Shown: in pieces, positions 50,409 to 62,671 of the stretch | Numbering within the stretch: the stretch's first letter is position 1 | Layout of the letters: each line of letters opens with the position of its first letter | DNA from: Octopus sinensis | Lineage: Eukaryota | Length of the DNA stretch: 64,000 nucleotides | Direction: 5' to 3' | Assembly: GCF_006345805.1 (NCBI RefSeq) | Contig: NC_042997.1 | Span: 16,306,001-16,370,000, forward strand | Made by a program: the position numbers and the translations under genes | The notes under the pieces: model-generated | Database searches by the model: none | The model's input: the letters and a program-made list of their open reading frames with translations, nothing else | What the model was told of the DNA's origin: nothing

Positions 50409-50845
50409 ATGTATGTATGTATGTATGTATGCATGCATGTATGTATGTATGTATGTATGTATGTATGTATGTATGTATGTATGTATGTATGTATGTATGT
50501 ATGTATGTATGTATGTATGTATGTATGTATGTATGTATGTATGTATGTATGTGTGTGTGTATGTACGTACGTATGTATGTATGTATGTATGTATGTACGT
50601 ACGTACGTACGTATGTATGTATGTATGTATGTATGTATGTATGTATGTATGTATGTACGTATGTATGTATGTATGTATGTATGTACGTACGTACGTACGT
50701 ATGTATGTATGTATGTATGTATGTATGTATGTATGTATGTATGTGTGTATGTGTGTATGTGTGTATGTATGTATGTATGTATGTGTGTATGTATGTATGT
50801 ATGTATGTATGTATGTATGTACGTACGGTCGTATGTATGTATAGG
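50409..50845. repeat. (TATG)n microsatellite with TACG variants
   Basis: Direct inspection. It explains six spurious ORFs. Confidence 0.98.
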
Positions 50846-51537
50846 TACATACACATATATATGTGCAGATATGGTCACAAACCGTAAACAATATGAAATA
50901 CGAAAACAAAAGAGTTGAATACATAAACAACGAGAGAAACAAATGGAAAACAGGACAAGTAACATAAAGAACGATCCTTCATCAGTTGTCGGCTGTCCAT
51001 CTACTCCTCATTTCGAGCACTGAACGGCAATATGAATCTTCGAATGCAGTTGCTACCGCAAACCGAAATAAAATTTGGGATTTGCGGAGGGTCAAAGTTG
51101 GTGACAAAAACAGGACAGTGGAAACATACAAGGAAACCAAACGGAAACAATCATGGAGTGTTATTAGACCAGATGAAGGTAAAATAGCGAACGCTGGAGA
51201 AATATTCTCTTTGACAAGAGAAAAGATAAAAGAGAGAGACAGATGGGATACATGCAGTCTCTACGACAGCCGTGAAGGAAAAGAAAGATCATCACGTGAG
51301 GAAAAAAAGGATGGACAATGGTCACGTGCGAGCAACGAGAGAGAGAGAGAGTAAAGGAGAAAGAAAAAGAATCGGACAGACAGACAGATAGAAAGAAAAC
51401 GGTGGAGTAAGTTTATCTATATATATATGACAGGCTTCTTTCAGTTTCCGTCTATCAAATCCACTCACAAGACAGTTGCCCAAAATATCACAGAATTGTA
51501 CTGAACCCAGAACCATGTGGCTGGGAAGCAAGCTTCT

Positions 51538-54390
51538 TTCTTTCATTAAATTGTCCACAAAGGCCGTACAAAGATGGGGTGGAGGCGCAATGGCCCAGTG
51601 GTTAGGGCAGCGGACTCACGGTCGTAGGATCGCGGTTTCGATTCCCAGACCGGGCATTGTGAGTGTTTATTGAGCGAAAACACCTAAAGCTTCACAAGGC
51701 TCCTGCAGGGGGTGGTGGTGAACCCTGCTGTACTCTTTCACCACAACTTTCTCTCAATCTTTCTTCCTGTTTCTGTTGTACCTGTATTTCAAAGGGGACC
51801 AACCTTGTCACACTCTGTGTCACGCTGAATCTCCTCGAGAACTACGTTAAGGGTACACGTGTCTGTGGAATGCTCAGCCACTTGCACGTTAACTCCACGA
51901 GCAAGCTGTTCCGTTGATCGTATCAGCTGGGACCCTCATCGTCGTAACCGACGGAGTGCTCCTACTACAAAGATGGGACAAACAAGGACAGACAAAACAC
52001 AAAAGCTGAATTAGCTGCTTAAAATTAAAAATTACTGTCCGAATGGAAGATGATAGCAGAAAATGACATGCAATTAAAAATATAAATGAATAAAATTATT
52101 CTTGCGATATGCAATAATTTACAACGAAAGGAAAGGCACCCAGCCATCTAGGCAGAACCTTTACTTGTTACCACTGCCCCCACTTACCTGGTGCCGATCA
52201 CTCTCAACTTGCTTGCCACAGACTTCCATCTTTTCACGAATGTACTCAGCGACAGGCACCTCTTCTCCAGCTTGATCTTACGAGGTGGTAACCAATATAG
52301 TTTACCAACCCTTGGCTGGAGACAAAGGTACCTATCACTATTCCTCTTACACGCATCTTCCATACTGTTTCTTTCAGTATGGCTGCTACGCAGAAGAAAC
52401 AAGCCCTCCTTTCCCTGTCCAGTGAAGGTGGCGGTACAATCTCGATGATGGACTCCGCTGATAGCTGTACTCTTCCTATTACTGACAACAGTTGCTCGAC
52501 AAAAGCTATCAGTCTCGATAACTCCGGACACTCCACGAATGCGTGCAAGACGGTTTCCCTGTCCTGTCTGCATCTCAGGTATGTCGGCGAGACGGCCCTA
52601 CCGTGCCTCGACAGCTTATCCCGAACCTGTAATGCCGCTCGGAAGCACTGTCAAGCCAGGGCTTTCTAGTAGTTATCCAGATACTCCGGTTCGTCGAATG
52701 TTTTCCTGAACAGGTTGATCAACTGACTTTCATCGTAGCCTAGGGTTTCCCTCAAGGTGTCTTCTTACATAGATCCCACTAACCTGCTATAGAAATCTGC
52801 GGTGGAACTCCTGTTGCCGGCATTACCCACCGGAGAGAGTAGCTGAAGTGCATGACGGCACTCCAAATACCAATCCCCCAGTTTAGGTCGTCGCTTGATC
52901 CATGAACCAATGTCCGTTAAGGACATCGACTGCGGAAGATAGAACCAAACGTGCAGTGACCACACCTGTTCTCCATCCAGGTAAAGCCAGAGGTGCCTCA
53001 ACCTTAACGCGAGTTTTCGCATCCTCAGTCAAGGCATCCCTGGCCCACCCATTAGCGGCTTTTGACAGCAGACAAAGCGCTTCACAAGTAGCGTTCCTCC
53101 TTTCCACAAAAAGTGGGAAAGGATTCTCTCCAAGTTGTTCAGCAACAAATCGGGGAAGGGCACCACGGTCAGACGATAGGTGATAACAGATGCTATAAAC
53201 ATATGCACCACCTCTTTTACCTGTCCTATGAACAGCCTACACTTAACCATTCTATGGTCAGTGAAGGACACCTGAACAAGCTTGGACAACTAAAGTTATC
53301 CTTATCTCTAGTTCTTATCACTATCCTGTCTAAGTAAGACTTGAACCTTCCGTCACCATTCATCCAGATCCAGTCTGGGACGTTTGGATGGTCAAGCCTG
53401 TAACGATCTGCTCGCTGGAAGCTCTTAAGCAGATCTACGAGACGTGAGTTCACTTTCCTATCAGTCGAGCCAACGCTATCGATGCATGCGTCAACGATAG
53501 CGTTATGGTCTCCTAACACCATTAATGTCTTCGACGTCACGAGAAAGTTCTCTAGGCGCCGATAAAAATCAGTTTGTAATCCTCTAGCACAAGGTGCATA
53601 GATCCTGATCAACCTGAAGGCCTTACCGCTGTATGTCACATCAAGGACGATCAGCCCACCTTCAGGGTCCACATAGACTGTACTTGTCTGCAGAACCAAG
53701 CCTTTCTGGATCAGAATCACTACGCCCCCGCCCCGTCCTCCGGTCTGGCCAGGAGACATGATTTTCTCATAGCCATTCAGGAGAGGCGAGAAGGTTTGTA
53801 GACTGTCCAGCTTGGTCTTTGTAGCAACCATCACATGTATATCATATGATCTGAGGTCGTCGAGGAAACACGCCTGCTTCCACTTCGAACTCAGACCAAG
53901 TACATTTAAACAACCGAGGTTAAGTACGGCCATTACTAAAAGTAAAAGTTCTACTTACCTTTCACTGGAGACGTTGGGGCCAACTTCACCACACGTAAAG
54001 CAGCCCCTTCCTTCTCCCCCTTCTTCAGATGTTTAGGTAACTCTATAATTCTCCAGATGGCTGTAGGATACCTATCCTTCAATTGTCTGTATAGGGTTTC
54101 CCCTGTCGTGGCGCATCTACTTTGCAGGTCTTTATGTTGCGGGTACAATTTTGTTGTTGTGTGATGTGCCACAATGTCATTAGTATATATTCTTTTTTCG
54201 TGTTGTATTCAACTATAACAGTGTTCTCTTTATCTTTTTTCGTAGGGGCGGTTGAGTGGGGTCTGTTTTTTGTCTGTGGTGCTTCATCTGTACGATATTT
54301 CAACAATAATTTCAACAATAATTATGAACAACAGTTCCAGAATTATTGTTTCACTCCAGATCACAATGATGTAGCTAAATAGGGGAGCAA
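51538..54390 (-). mobile_element. Tx1/L1-clade LINE relic: ORF1 remnant, APE endonuclease, RT core deleted, C-terminal zinc knuckle, 3' UTR
   Basis: 53933-53226 shows APE motifs (LNVLGL, IYAP, LGDHNA, SYLDRI, TDHR). About 52575-52500 reads RCRQDRETVLHAFVECP. Frameshifts and stops are present, and the 5' boundary is approximate. Confidence 0.85.
51579..51965 (+). mobile_element. SINE family T inserted in the LINE 3' tail
   Basis: 12-bp TSD TACAAAGATGGG at 51567-51578 and 51966-51977. Confidence 0.92.
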
Positions 54391-54779
54391 TGGAAACGAC
54401 CATTCCTCATGAGTACATTTTTCAAAATTGGTGCCTTTTCAACAATTTTAAAAAACTTTTTAATTCACTTGTGCGATAAAAGTATCTTTTTTTTTTTTTG
54501 TTAATTGCGTAGCTTTGGAAGTCATTAATTTATTTGACCCCCCCCCCCGTGTTTTTTTTAACTGTCTGCTCAATCTCCTGTTATGTGTTGAAGGCCACTG
54601 ACATCTGAAGAACCAAAACAAACCCTGACGTCATAACCCCTCGACACTGGACGATCCCGTGGAGTTTCATTTTTTTTCACGTCGCACCTGTATCAGTAGT
54701 TGGTAAGTTCCACACTTTAACATTGTTACTGATACATGAAATAATGAATGTAGAATACCATTACGTATAATATAGTTAA

Positions 54780-55178
54780 TCTTTATATATAAAAGTAAGG
54801 TTGTGTGTCTGTCTCCTACGATTTAGATTCCTAACTACTCCCACATTTTGCGGTGCAGTGTAACCAAAACCAGGTATCTTATAGTCGTGATTCATATCGA
54901 GCCCTTCTGGGTATTAGCGCGCGCCTACGATGAGTCTACGATTTAAAAAAAAATTTACCATAATTTTTTTCCATTTTAATGCATTTTTTCGCTATTATAT
55001 AAGGGAAGTAACTCTCTAAAAATGTCTACGATGATTCAACGATTTTTAAAAAAATTTACCATAATTTTTTTTCTCCATTTTTAATGCATTTTTTGCTATT
55101 TTTTGGCTATAACTCTCTAAAACTGCTTATATAGTTATTTCCCTTACAAACCCGAGCAACACCGGGCGATACTGCTAG
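54780..55178 (+). mobile_element. Non-autonomous Helitron
   Basis: A|TCTTTATATATAAAA start, CCCG..CGGG hairpin, CTAG|T end. Confidence 0.85.
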
Positions 55179-55720
55179 TATAAGATAAATTAGTTTAAAA
55201 TGGTTTGGTATGTGTCACAGCGCTCCCCCATTTCATGTACTCGCTCCCGCTAACCAGGCTACGCTACTGCCAGATCACTCGGCCAAGAATTCCATCGAAG
55301 AACATCTTAAGTATTTTCTTTCTTTCTTTTCTTAGTAGTATATATGACTACAGAGACTTCCATTTGGTATAAGAACTAGAAATTACGTCCAATAAGACTT
55401 TATTCTGTTAATTTTATTGTTAATTTATCAGTGAGATTATCAGGCGGCGTTTCGTCAACACAATTTACGTTCTGATTTAAAATCCTGTCACGGTTAACTT
55501 TATCTTTCATTTTTCAACGGTCGATAAAATAGAATACCAGTCCAGTACTGGAGTCTATTTAATCAGCTTGTAATCCTTCCTGAAATTTGAAGACATGTGT
55601 CTGTGTTAGAAATCAATATATCAGAGAAGAGTGGTGAGTTGACTGAATCGGTAGGGTGTCAAACAAAAATACCTTGAGGTATTAAGTTGCAGAGGTTATC
55701 AGCAACTGCATATAAATTAC

Positions 55721-55902
55721 GTTTTTCAACTTGTGACATCTGAAACGTTTGGAAGAGTTGGGTTGTTCCCACAATGTTCTTGACTCTTTGACATCTCGTC
55801 TGGTAAAGTTCGTGCGGGCGAATGGTTGGGTTCAGTGTCACGACCTCGCGATCATTCGTTAATAATGCTTTTAGTCCCTTAAGGTGTTGCCGTCGAAAAA
55901 AA
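55721..55902 (-). CDS. Gene B exon
   Basis: TTTTCTTAG acceptor, GTAATT donor, phase 2-1, FFRRQHLKGLKALLTNDREVVTLNPTIRPHELYQTRCQRVKNIVGTTQLFQTFQMSQVEK. Confidence 0.65.
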
Positions 55903-56014
55903 CTAAGAAAATTTTTTAAAAAAGGAAGAAAAATTATTTAATACATGACAATACAATATACTTTTTAGAGTTAAAACCAACTTTAATTTGTAAAATAGTT
56001 AAAACAATACGCAC

Positions 56015-56033
56015 CAGCGACAAAAACAGCAAT
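56015..56033 (-). CDS. Gene B 19-nt microexon
   Basis: TACTAAC branch point (56074-56080), pyrimidine tract, TAG acceptor and GTGCGT donor. It bridges phase 1 to phase 2, giving DCCFCRC. Confidence 0.55.
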
Positions 56034-56590
56034 CTAGGTTTTAGATAAAGAAAAGATTGAAAGCAGAAGTTGTGTTAGTAAAGGATATATGAAATAATGT
56101 GGATCTATGTATATTACGCTAAGATACCTGCTTCTATGTACACTATATGTAGGTAAAAGGCAAATTGGTTATGGTTGGATAGCCTTTGATTTTAAGTCTA
56201 CTCGAGCAAGGCTAATATGGAGTTAAACAACGTCGATGAGAAGAAGAGGAGGACAAGGAGGAGGGAACTCAAAAGCATTTGAAACCAGACAAATTTAATA
56301 AATTGCAAACAATTTATTAACAACTACAAGCACTAAAAAAATAATTTACTTTGTTTAGTAGCATAAAACTCTCAGGTTCTAAACAAGCCTAATCGGAAAA
56401 GGAAAACTTGGTAGTGGATGCTCCTACTTTACTATAAATCAAACCATTATCACCAACCCAACTCCGACATTTTGTTGTTGTTGTTGTTGTTGTTACCGTC
56501 GTCGTCACCGTCCAGTCCTAACTCAGCTCTGATTGAGCAGACATGTTTAAAAGCATTCCTGTCATAATCATTCTGTCTTTTAAGGGTACA

Positions 56591-56973
56591 CTAGCAGTAT
56601 CGCCCGGCGTTGCTCAGGTTTGTAAGGGAAATAACTATAAAGTATTTTTAGAGAGTTATAGCCAAAAAATAGCAAAAAAATGGAAAAAAATTATGGTAAA
56701 TTTTTTTTTTAGTTAAAAAAGGTCGAGTTGCGTCCCCTAGACAGTCTGTGGTTTGTGTTTCTGATTCTCGACCCCATGTCGAATTTATCGATTTTTTTCA
56801 GAACTGGGGGAACTTTTCAAAATTTTCGCTGCGTTAGTTTTGAATTATGACATTGGGCTATGTGTGTGTCAAGTTTCATCAGAATCGGTTGAAAGCCGTG
56901 GTCAGGGTGAGGGTACAACCAAACAGACACACAGAAACACACACAGACAAACTGCCGTTTATATAGAGAGAGA
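56591..56973 (-). mobile_element. Non-autonomous Helitron
   Basis: Same 3' ~110 bp as 54780-55178, in inverted orientation. 5' end A|TCTCTCTCTATATAAA. Confidence 0.85.
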
Positions 56974-57548
56974 TAACACCACAGTATCTAATGCAATTTC
57001 TCCTTATTTAAGACGATAATGTATTGGGGGAGATTTGGTTGCCATTTCTAGCAGGTCAAACGACCGCGTAAACATCACTCTCCTTGACTCTGTCAGCAGA
57101 GTGAATTGTGATTATTGCTCTCCTGCTATCCCTTGGCAAAGAGTGATGGGGATGGTAAAATTCAAGGGTTAAATAATTTTCCGGTTTCTAACACGAAAAA
57201 GCGCGAGTCTTTAAGTTTAATCATTCATTTATTATATTTATTAATTTGTCTATTTATTTAGGATTTTCAGTAAATTCTTTTAGCTGTTTTCAATGAAAAG
57301 TGGTAGTCAGAATCATTCGAATGTAAGTCAAAATGCTTTGCGGTATTTGTTCCGGCTCTTTACGTTATGTTTACGTCCTGTTGACGCTGGGGTTAATTTT
57401 GCCTTTCATTCTTCAATGGATCGATAAAATAAAGTAAAACTCCAGGGTGATGGATGAGATAAATTATTAGAATGTCAGACGAGAAGCTTTGCTGTATCTG
57501 TTCCGGCTCTTTGCGTTCTTAATCTGTCGTCTGATTTAACACCATCAC

Positions 57549-57646
57549 CTGGTCCTTGAGGGCCTCTAGCAGAGTTCACTGTTGCAAGCAATGAGACCAG
57601 GTCTCTGGTTTCAGAACTTCTCATCTTCACAACAGTCTCGGATACC
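57549..57646 (-). CDS. Gene B exon
   Basis: TTTTTTTTCAG acceptor and CAG|GTGATG donor. The only open frame reads VSETVVKMRSSETRDLVSLLATVNSARGPQGP (phase 2-1). Confidence 0.6.
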
Positions 57647-58090
57647 CTGAAAAAAAAATAGGACAAAGGCACTCCTTTTCTCTCCCTAGCTAACTGGTTA
57701 AAAGAAGGGGTTTTCCAATTAGTTTTTGAATTTCATTTTAGTCATATGTTTTCTCTCAAAGTATTCCTTCTTTTGCGAAACTAACAGCTTTATTACATCA
57801 CCAAAGTAAAAGTTATAATTTCAAACATTAGGCACAAAGCCTCGAACTTCACTAGGGAAGGGGAAGGTCGATTAAATTGATCCCAGTCAGAACTTATGCA
57901 AATATCAACATTCCGAATAGACTTATCATATCCATTTCTTAAACAAAGAAGTGTAATATTAAACTATCTCTATTCCCAAGATCATGGGAACAAGAGAGAA
58001 CGAAGTATAGCTACATGTAATAACTGCTTAAGATGCTTACTAAATCTCTCAGCCATAAAAACAATAACTTATTATTCTTGATAAATTTAC

Positions 58091-58170
58091 GTTGGCTCGT
58101 CAATAGACAGGTTCGTCAAATCAGTGTCAAATCGTGTGCAGAGAAGAAAAGGAGGCGGAAATAAGAGAAA
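58091..58170 (-). CDS. Gene B candidate exon
   Basis: Phase 0-2, FLLFPPPFLLCTRFDTDLTNLSIDEP, GTAAAT donor. Start uncertain. Confidence 0.4.
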
Positions 58171-58277
58171 CTTTAAAATGAAAGAGAATAGAGGGAAGAA
58201 GCAGGTGGTTGTAACTACCACCGGTTCATCAAGATAAACTATCCCACTCCAAAATTAAAACCACTGCTGCAACTCAC

Positions 58278-58377
58278 TCCCTCCTGTCTCTTTAATTGTG
58301 GGAAATAGGTTTCCTTCAATGGTGAACAAAGGATAGTCACAATAATAGGCAAAACATGAAGACAAAAGAAGTGTGTA
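58278..58377 (-). CDS. Gene B candidate exon
   Basis: GTGAGT donor, phase 2-0, THFFCLHVLPIIVTILCSPLKETYFPQLKRQEG. Acceptor weak. Confidence 0.35.
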
Positions 58378-59049
58378 CTATATTGTTATTATTGTTTACC
58401 CATGCCCTGTGTCACCTCTAATTGAGCAAAGCTATGATCAAAGACATGGCTTTTGTCAGGCAGTATAGACAGAAGTGCATTATCTAAGATATCTTTCCTT
58501 CTTTTTAAGATATTAAGGAGGGATTTGAGTGTATGCTGAGGAGGATTTGACTGTTATTTCTAGTGGGACGAGCGACCACATGGAAGCTCCTTCATTAGCT
58601 CGAACAAGTTAATATTATGTTGTGTGGAGAAATACAAGCTTATGTTTTGGACAGGATATTTTGTCGTAAAAATAAGCAAAGATTTGGAAAAGCGGTCACT
58701 CAAAGTCTTATATGTTATAATAAACGAAAAGGTTATGGAAGTGAGATGAGCAAAAACAGAAATATAAAAGAAATTTGCGATTTCAGTATCGTTATTTTCT
58801 CCCGTTACATGAAACACACGAATTCTTTAAAAACAAAACAAAACAAATGAAGTGGAAGCTACTCTTTTTCCTTTCTCATGAAGATTTTGAGAGACAGAGT
58901 TTTTCCAAAATAAAGCAAATTACATTCACACTGACGTCCACCATTAATTACACTCAAGGCTTGGGTTGAGTGAAGTTAAAGAGAAAAGGCCTCTTGTTCG
59001 GCACCGCATGATTTATGAAGCGAACTTAGCGAACAGTCAATCATGCCTG

Positions 59050-59092
<43 letters not shown>

Positions 59093-59132
59093 TATGTGGG
59101 TGGGTGGGTGGATAGATGGATGGATGGATGGA

Positions 59133-59397
59133 TGTGTTTCTTTATTAGCCATACAGGGCTGAACACAGACGGGACAAATTACAAAGTAGAACTTTTCTTT
59201 ATTGGAGGAAAAAAAAAAGTGGGATAGGTTTTTCGATCAAAAGGGATCGTAAAAAGGAAAGAAAAAAAAAACGATCAATAGAGATCGTGTATAACAGAAA
59301 TGTCATGATGTAAAGTGTAAAGGAGGAAGCAGTTAAGGTTTATCCGTGGAAAGAAAAGCCTACGGAAAAGACCACGGTAACCTCGGTCAATAATGCC

Positions 59398-59398
<1 letters not shown>
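59133..59398 (-). mobile_element. 3' end of a Tx1-like LINE between GATG and GATA microsatellites
   Basis: Minus strand reads TTTGTCCCGTCTGTGTTCAGCCCTGTATGGCTAATAAAGAAA, related to the tails at 645-696 and 51540-51995. Confidence 0.6.
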
Positions 59399-59451
<53 letters not shown>

Positions 59452-59495
59452 GTAGGTAGTAGGTAGGTTGGTAGGTAGGTAGATAGATAGGTAGG

Positions 59496-59570
<75 letters not shown>

Positions 59571-59579
59571 GTAGGTAGG

Positions 59580-59637
<58 letters not shown>

Positions 59638-59669
59638 TAGGAAGGTAGGTAGGTAGGAAGGTATGTAGG

Positions 59670-59744
<75 letters not shown>
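59398..59744. repeat. (GATA)n/(GGTA)n microsatellite
   Basis: Direct inspection. Confidence 0.98.
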
Positions 59745-60409
59745 TTGTCCAATAAGTTTTTGTAAGAAATCATCGTACGCACGGTAAACAGCGAGATTAA
59801 AAACGAGATTCGAACATAAATATGCTAATCGCTGTTGTATCCCACAGCTTCTTCTTTACGACGACTGTTTTCATAGCATACTCGATTCGTTTGTACAAGG
59901 GATTCTGGGATTCCATTTTTTCGACATGTTACGGCTCGGTAACCAGAAGAATCCAAACAATAAATCTAACTAAAGATGATGGCCTTGATCATAATTTCAG
60001 CAAACAAACTGTTCACTGATCCGTTCTGAAATATGCCAACCGATAATGTATCGTCATATGCACGGAGAACAGTAAGATTCGAAACGATGACTTGCATAAT
60101 TATTCTTAATACATTTTTGCAGATTAGAGAGCAAATATGATAATCGCTGTTGTGTTTCATCACAGCAGAGCAACTTCCCCTTTACGACGGCTGTGCTTAT
60201 AATATATTCGATCTGAGGGATACTGAGACATCAAAAAGCAAAACAGGCATTCGTATGTTAGATAATATTCATACAACATAAATTACTCTGTATCATAACA
60301 GCCAAAGCATGTTACCGAACGGTTTCATGTTGAAGAAACTCCCAAGTGTGGAAAGGTAAATTAATAATCATGATACTAAATTTATAATAATGTATTTTAT
60401 ATAGGAAAA

Positions 60410-60561
60410 GGCATGGATGTGTGGTAAGAAACTTGCTACCCAACCACATAGTTCCGAGTTCAGTCCCACTGGTTGGCACCTTGGGTAAGTGTCATCGGGC
60501 CGACCAAAGCCTTGTGCGTGAATTTGGTAGGCGGAAACTGAAAGAAGCCCGTATACATACA

Positions 60562-60596
<35 letters not shown>

Positions 60597-60802
60597 TTGT
60601 GTCTGTGTTTGTTACCCCACCATCATTTGACAACTGATGTTGGCGTGTTTACGTCCCCGTAACTTTACAGTTCGGCAAAAGAGACCGATAGAATAAGTAC
60701 TAGGCTTTCATAAGAATAAGTGCTGGAATTGATTTGTTCGACTAAAGAGGTGCTCCAACATGGCCGTAGTCAAATGACTGAAACAAGTAAAAGAATAAAA
60801 GA
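60410..60802 (+). mobile_element. SINE family C
   Basis: Colinear with the other family C copies. Confidence 0.85.
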
Positions 60803-60836
60803 ACATATATAAATCGACTAATTTTAATGACTATAT

Positions 60837-61222
60837 ATCGGAGCACTCCGTCGGTTGCGACGATGAGGGTCCAAACTGATACGATCAACGGAACAGCTTG
60901 CTCGTGATATTAACGTGCAAGTGGCTGAGCATTCCACAGACACGTGTACCCTTAACGTAGTTCTCGGGGATATTCAGCGTGACACACAGGATGTGACAAG
61001 GCTGGCCCCTTGAAATACAGGTACAAGAGAAACAGGAAGAAAGAGTGAGAGAAAGTTGAGGAGAAAGAGTACAGCAGGGTTCACCACCACCCCCTGTCGG
61101 AGCCTCGTGGAGCTTTAGGTGTTTTCGCTCAATAAACACTCACAATGCCCGGTCTGGGAATCGAAACCGCGATCCTCCGACCGCGAGTCCGCTGCCCTAA
61201 CCACTGGGCCATTACGCCTCCA
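60837..61222 (-). mobile_element. SINE family T, full length
   Basis: Reverse complement of 51579-51965. TSD TAATTTTAATG(A/G)CTATAT. Confidence 0.9.
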
Positions 61223-61398
61223 TAATTTTAATGGCTATATCTATTTACAAACCGATTAGGTAAGATAGAGAAGATGTCTATAGGTATGAATCTGTTAGGA
61301 AGAAAGAGTAAATGGGGAGGTATGTGTGTCAATAAAGGATAAACTTTGTTTTCTCATAGCACACCTTTGTTTATATGGCAGTGGAGACATGAATTTAC

Positions 61399-61583
61399 AC
61401 TCGTTGACTGCTCATCTCTTGCTGAATATATTGTCTGCATTCTTGTATAGCATAAGTAATTTCCTTTTTGTTAGTCCAGCACTCCTTTGATGACAAGTCG
61501 AATCGGTCAGCACCTTTAGTTAAATCTTCCATCGTGTAATTCAAAAGCGAATGAAAATTTGAATGTTTCTTATACATTCCCAT
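61399..61583 (-). CDS. Gene B candidate first coding exon
   Basis: ATG-initiated non-repeat ORF MGMYKKHSNF...EMSSQR with GT|GTAAAT donor in phase 2, fitting the exon at 58377. Confidence 0.4.
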
Positions 61584-61932
61584 CGCCCACAGATTTAAAT
61601 TTTATCATTCACAGGAGGATGCTAGTAACCGTCCCACACATACACACACCAGGTTGGAAAAACAAATATTATATACGACGACTATATTCAACATGAGGTG
61701 AGCGTTCAACGGGTGTAAGTCTAATATTATACACGATTATGTTACCATTGACATTTAAACAAACGTGTGGTGTGAGGAAACAAGACATTTTATCTTTTAT
61801 TGATAGATACACTCCTCATTTACTGTCACTTCCTAACAGATTCATATCCATATAAATCTTCACAATCTCTTCCATTCTGTTCGTAAATAAAAAATAATCA
61901 CCGGAACTGGTCGATAGACACACACACACACA

Positions 61933-61972
<40 letters not shown>

Positions 61973-62334
61973 ACACACACATCGACCAGTTTCGCTCACC
62001 TTACTTCTCTCCTCTTTTCCTTTCCAACAACACATGGGACTTCGAAGGGGTTATTTTAAAATATACATAGGCTTGGACATGACGGTGTGGTTAATAAGTT
62101 AGCTTTACAACCACGTGGTTTCAGGTTTAGTCACACTGAGGCACCTTGGGAAAGTACCTTCTACTATAATCCCAGAGCGATCAATGGTTGAAGAAACAGT
62201 CTGGAAGCCCATCACATATACGTACATATATGTGTGTTGCCGGTGTATGTATCTGTTTGTCCCAACTCACCGCTTGACAATCGATGTTTGATTATTTAAG
62301 CCCCCCCCCCCCTCCCCTGTTATTAGAGGTTCGA

Positions 62335-62552
62335 AAGGCGGCGAGCTGGCAAAATCGTTAGCACGACGAGCAAAATGCTCAGCGGCATTTCGTCCGTTTT
62401 TACGTTCTGAGTTCAGATTTCGCCGGGATCGATTTTACCTTTCATCCTTTCGAGGTCGATAAATTGAGTACCAATGAGACACTGAGTCGATGTAATCGAC
62501 TAGTCCCCTCTCCCAAAATTTCAGGCCTTGTGCCTTTAGTAGAAATATTATT
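62335..62552 (+). mobile_element. SINE family M (short tail variant) nested in a diverged family C copy
   Basis: GGCGGCGAGCTGGCAAAATCG head, and a tail different from 466-696. Confidence 0.8.
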
Positions 62553-62671
62553 AGTTGTTTGGCACAAAATCCTGATAGAATTTCACCAAACTTTTTTTAA
62601 ATAAATACTGAAGTCGATTTGGCCGACTATACTTATCAAAGCAGTGCCCCAGCATTGCAGTAGTCCAGTAG

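Noticed and set aside
50313-50965. Six long ORFs (MYVC/HTYI repeats)
   Set aside because: They are translations of the (TATG)n microsatellite.
50960-51030. Minus-strand CTGATGAAGG in a repeat-like segment
   Set aside because: I could not build stems II and III with a correctly placed GAAA.
56080-56088. ATATCCTTT, a U12-type 5' splice site on the minus strand
   Set aside because: No matching upstream exon or U12 branch site found. It overlaps a U2 branch point that explains the region better.
59387-59782. 131-aa ORF of YLSI repeats
   Set aside because: It is the (GATA)n microsatellite.
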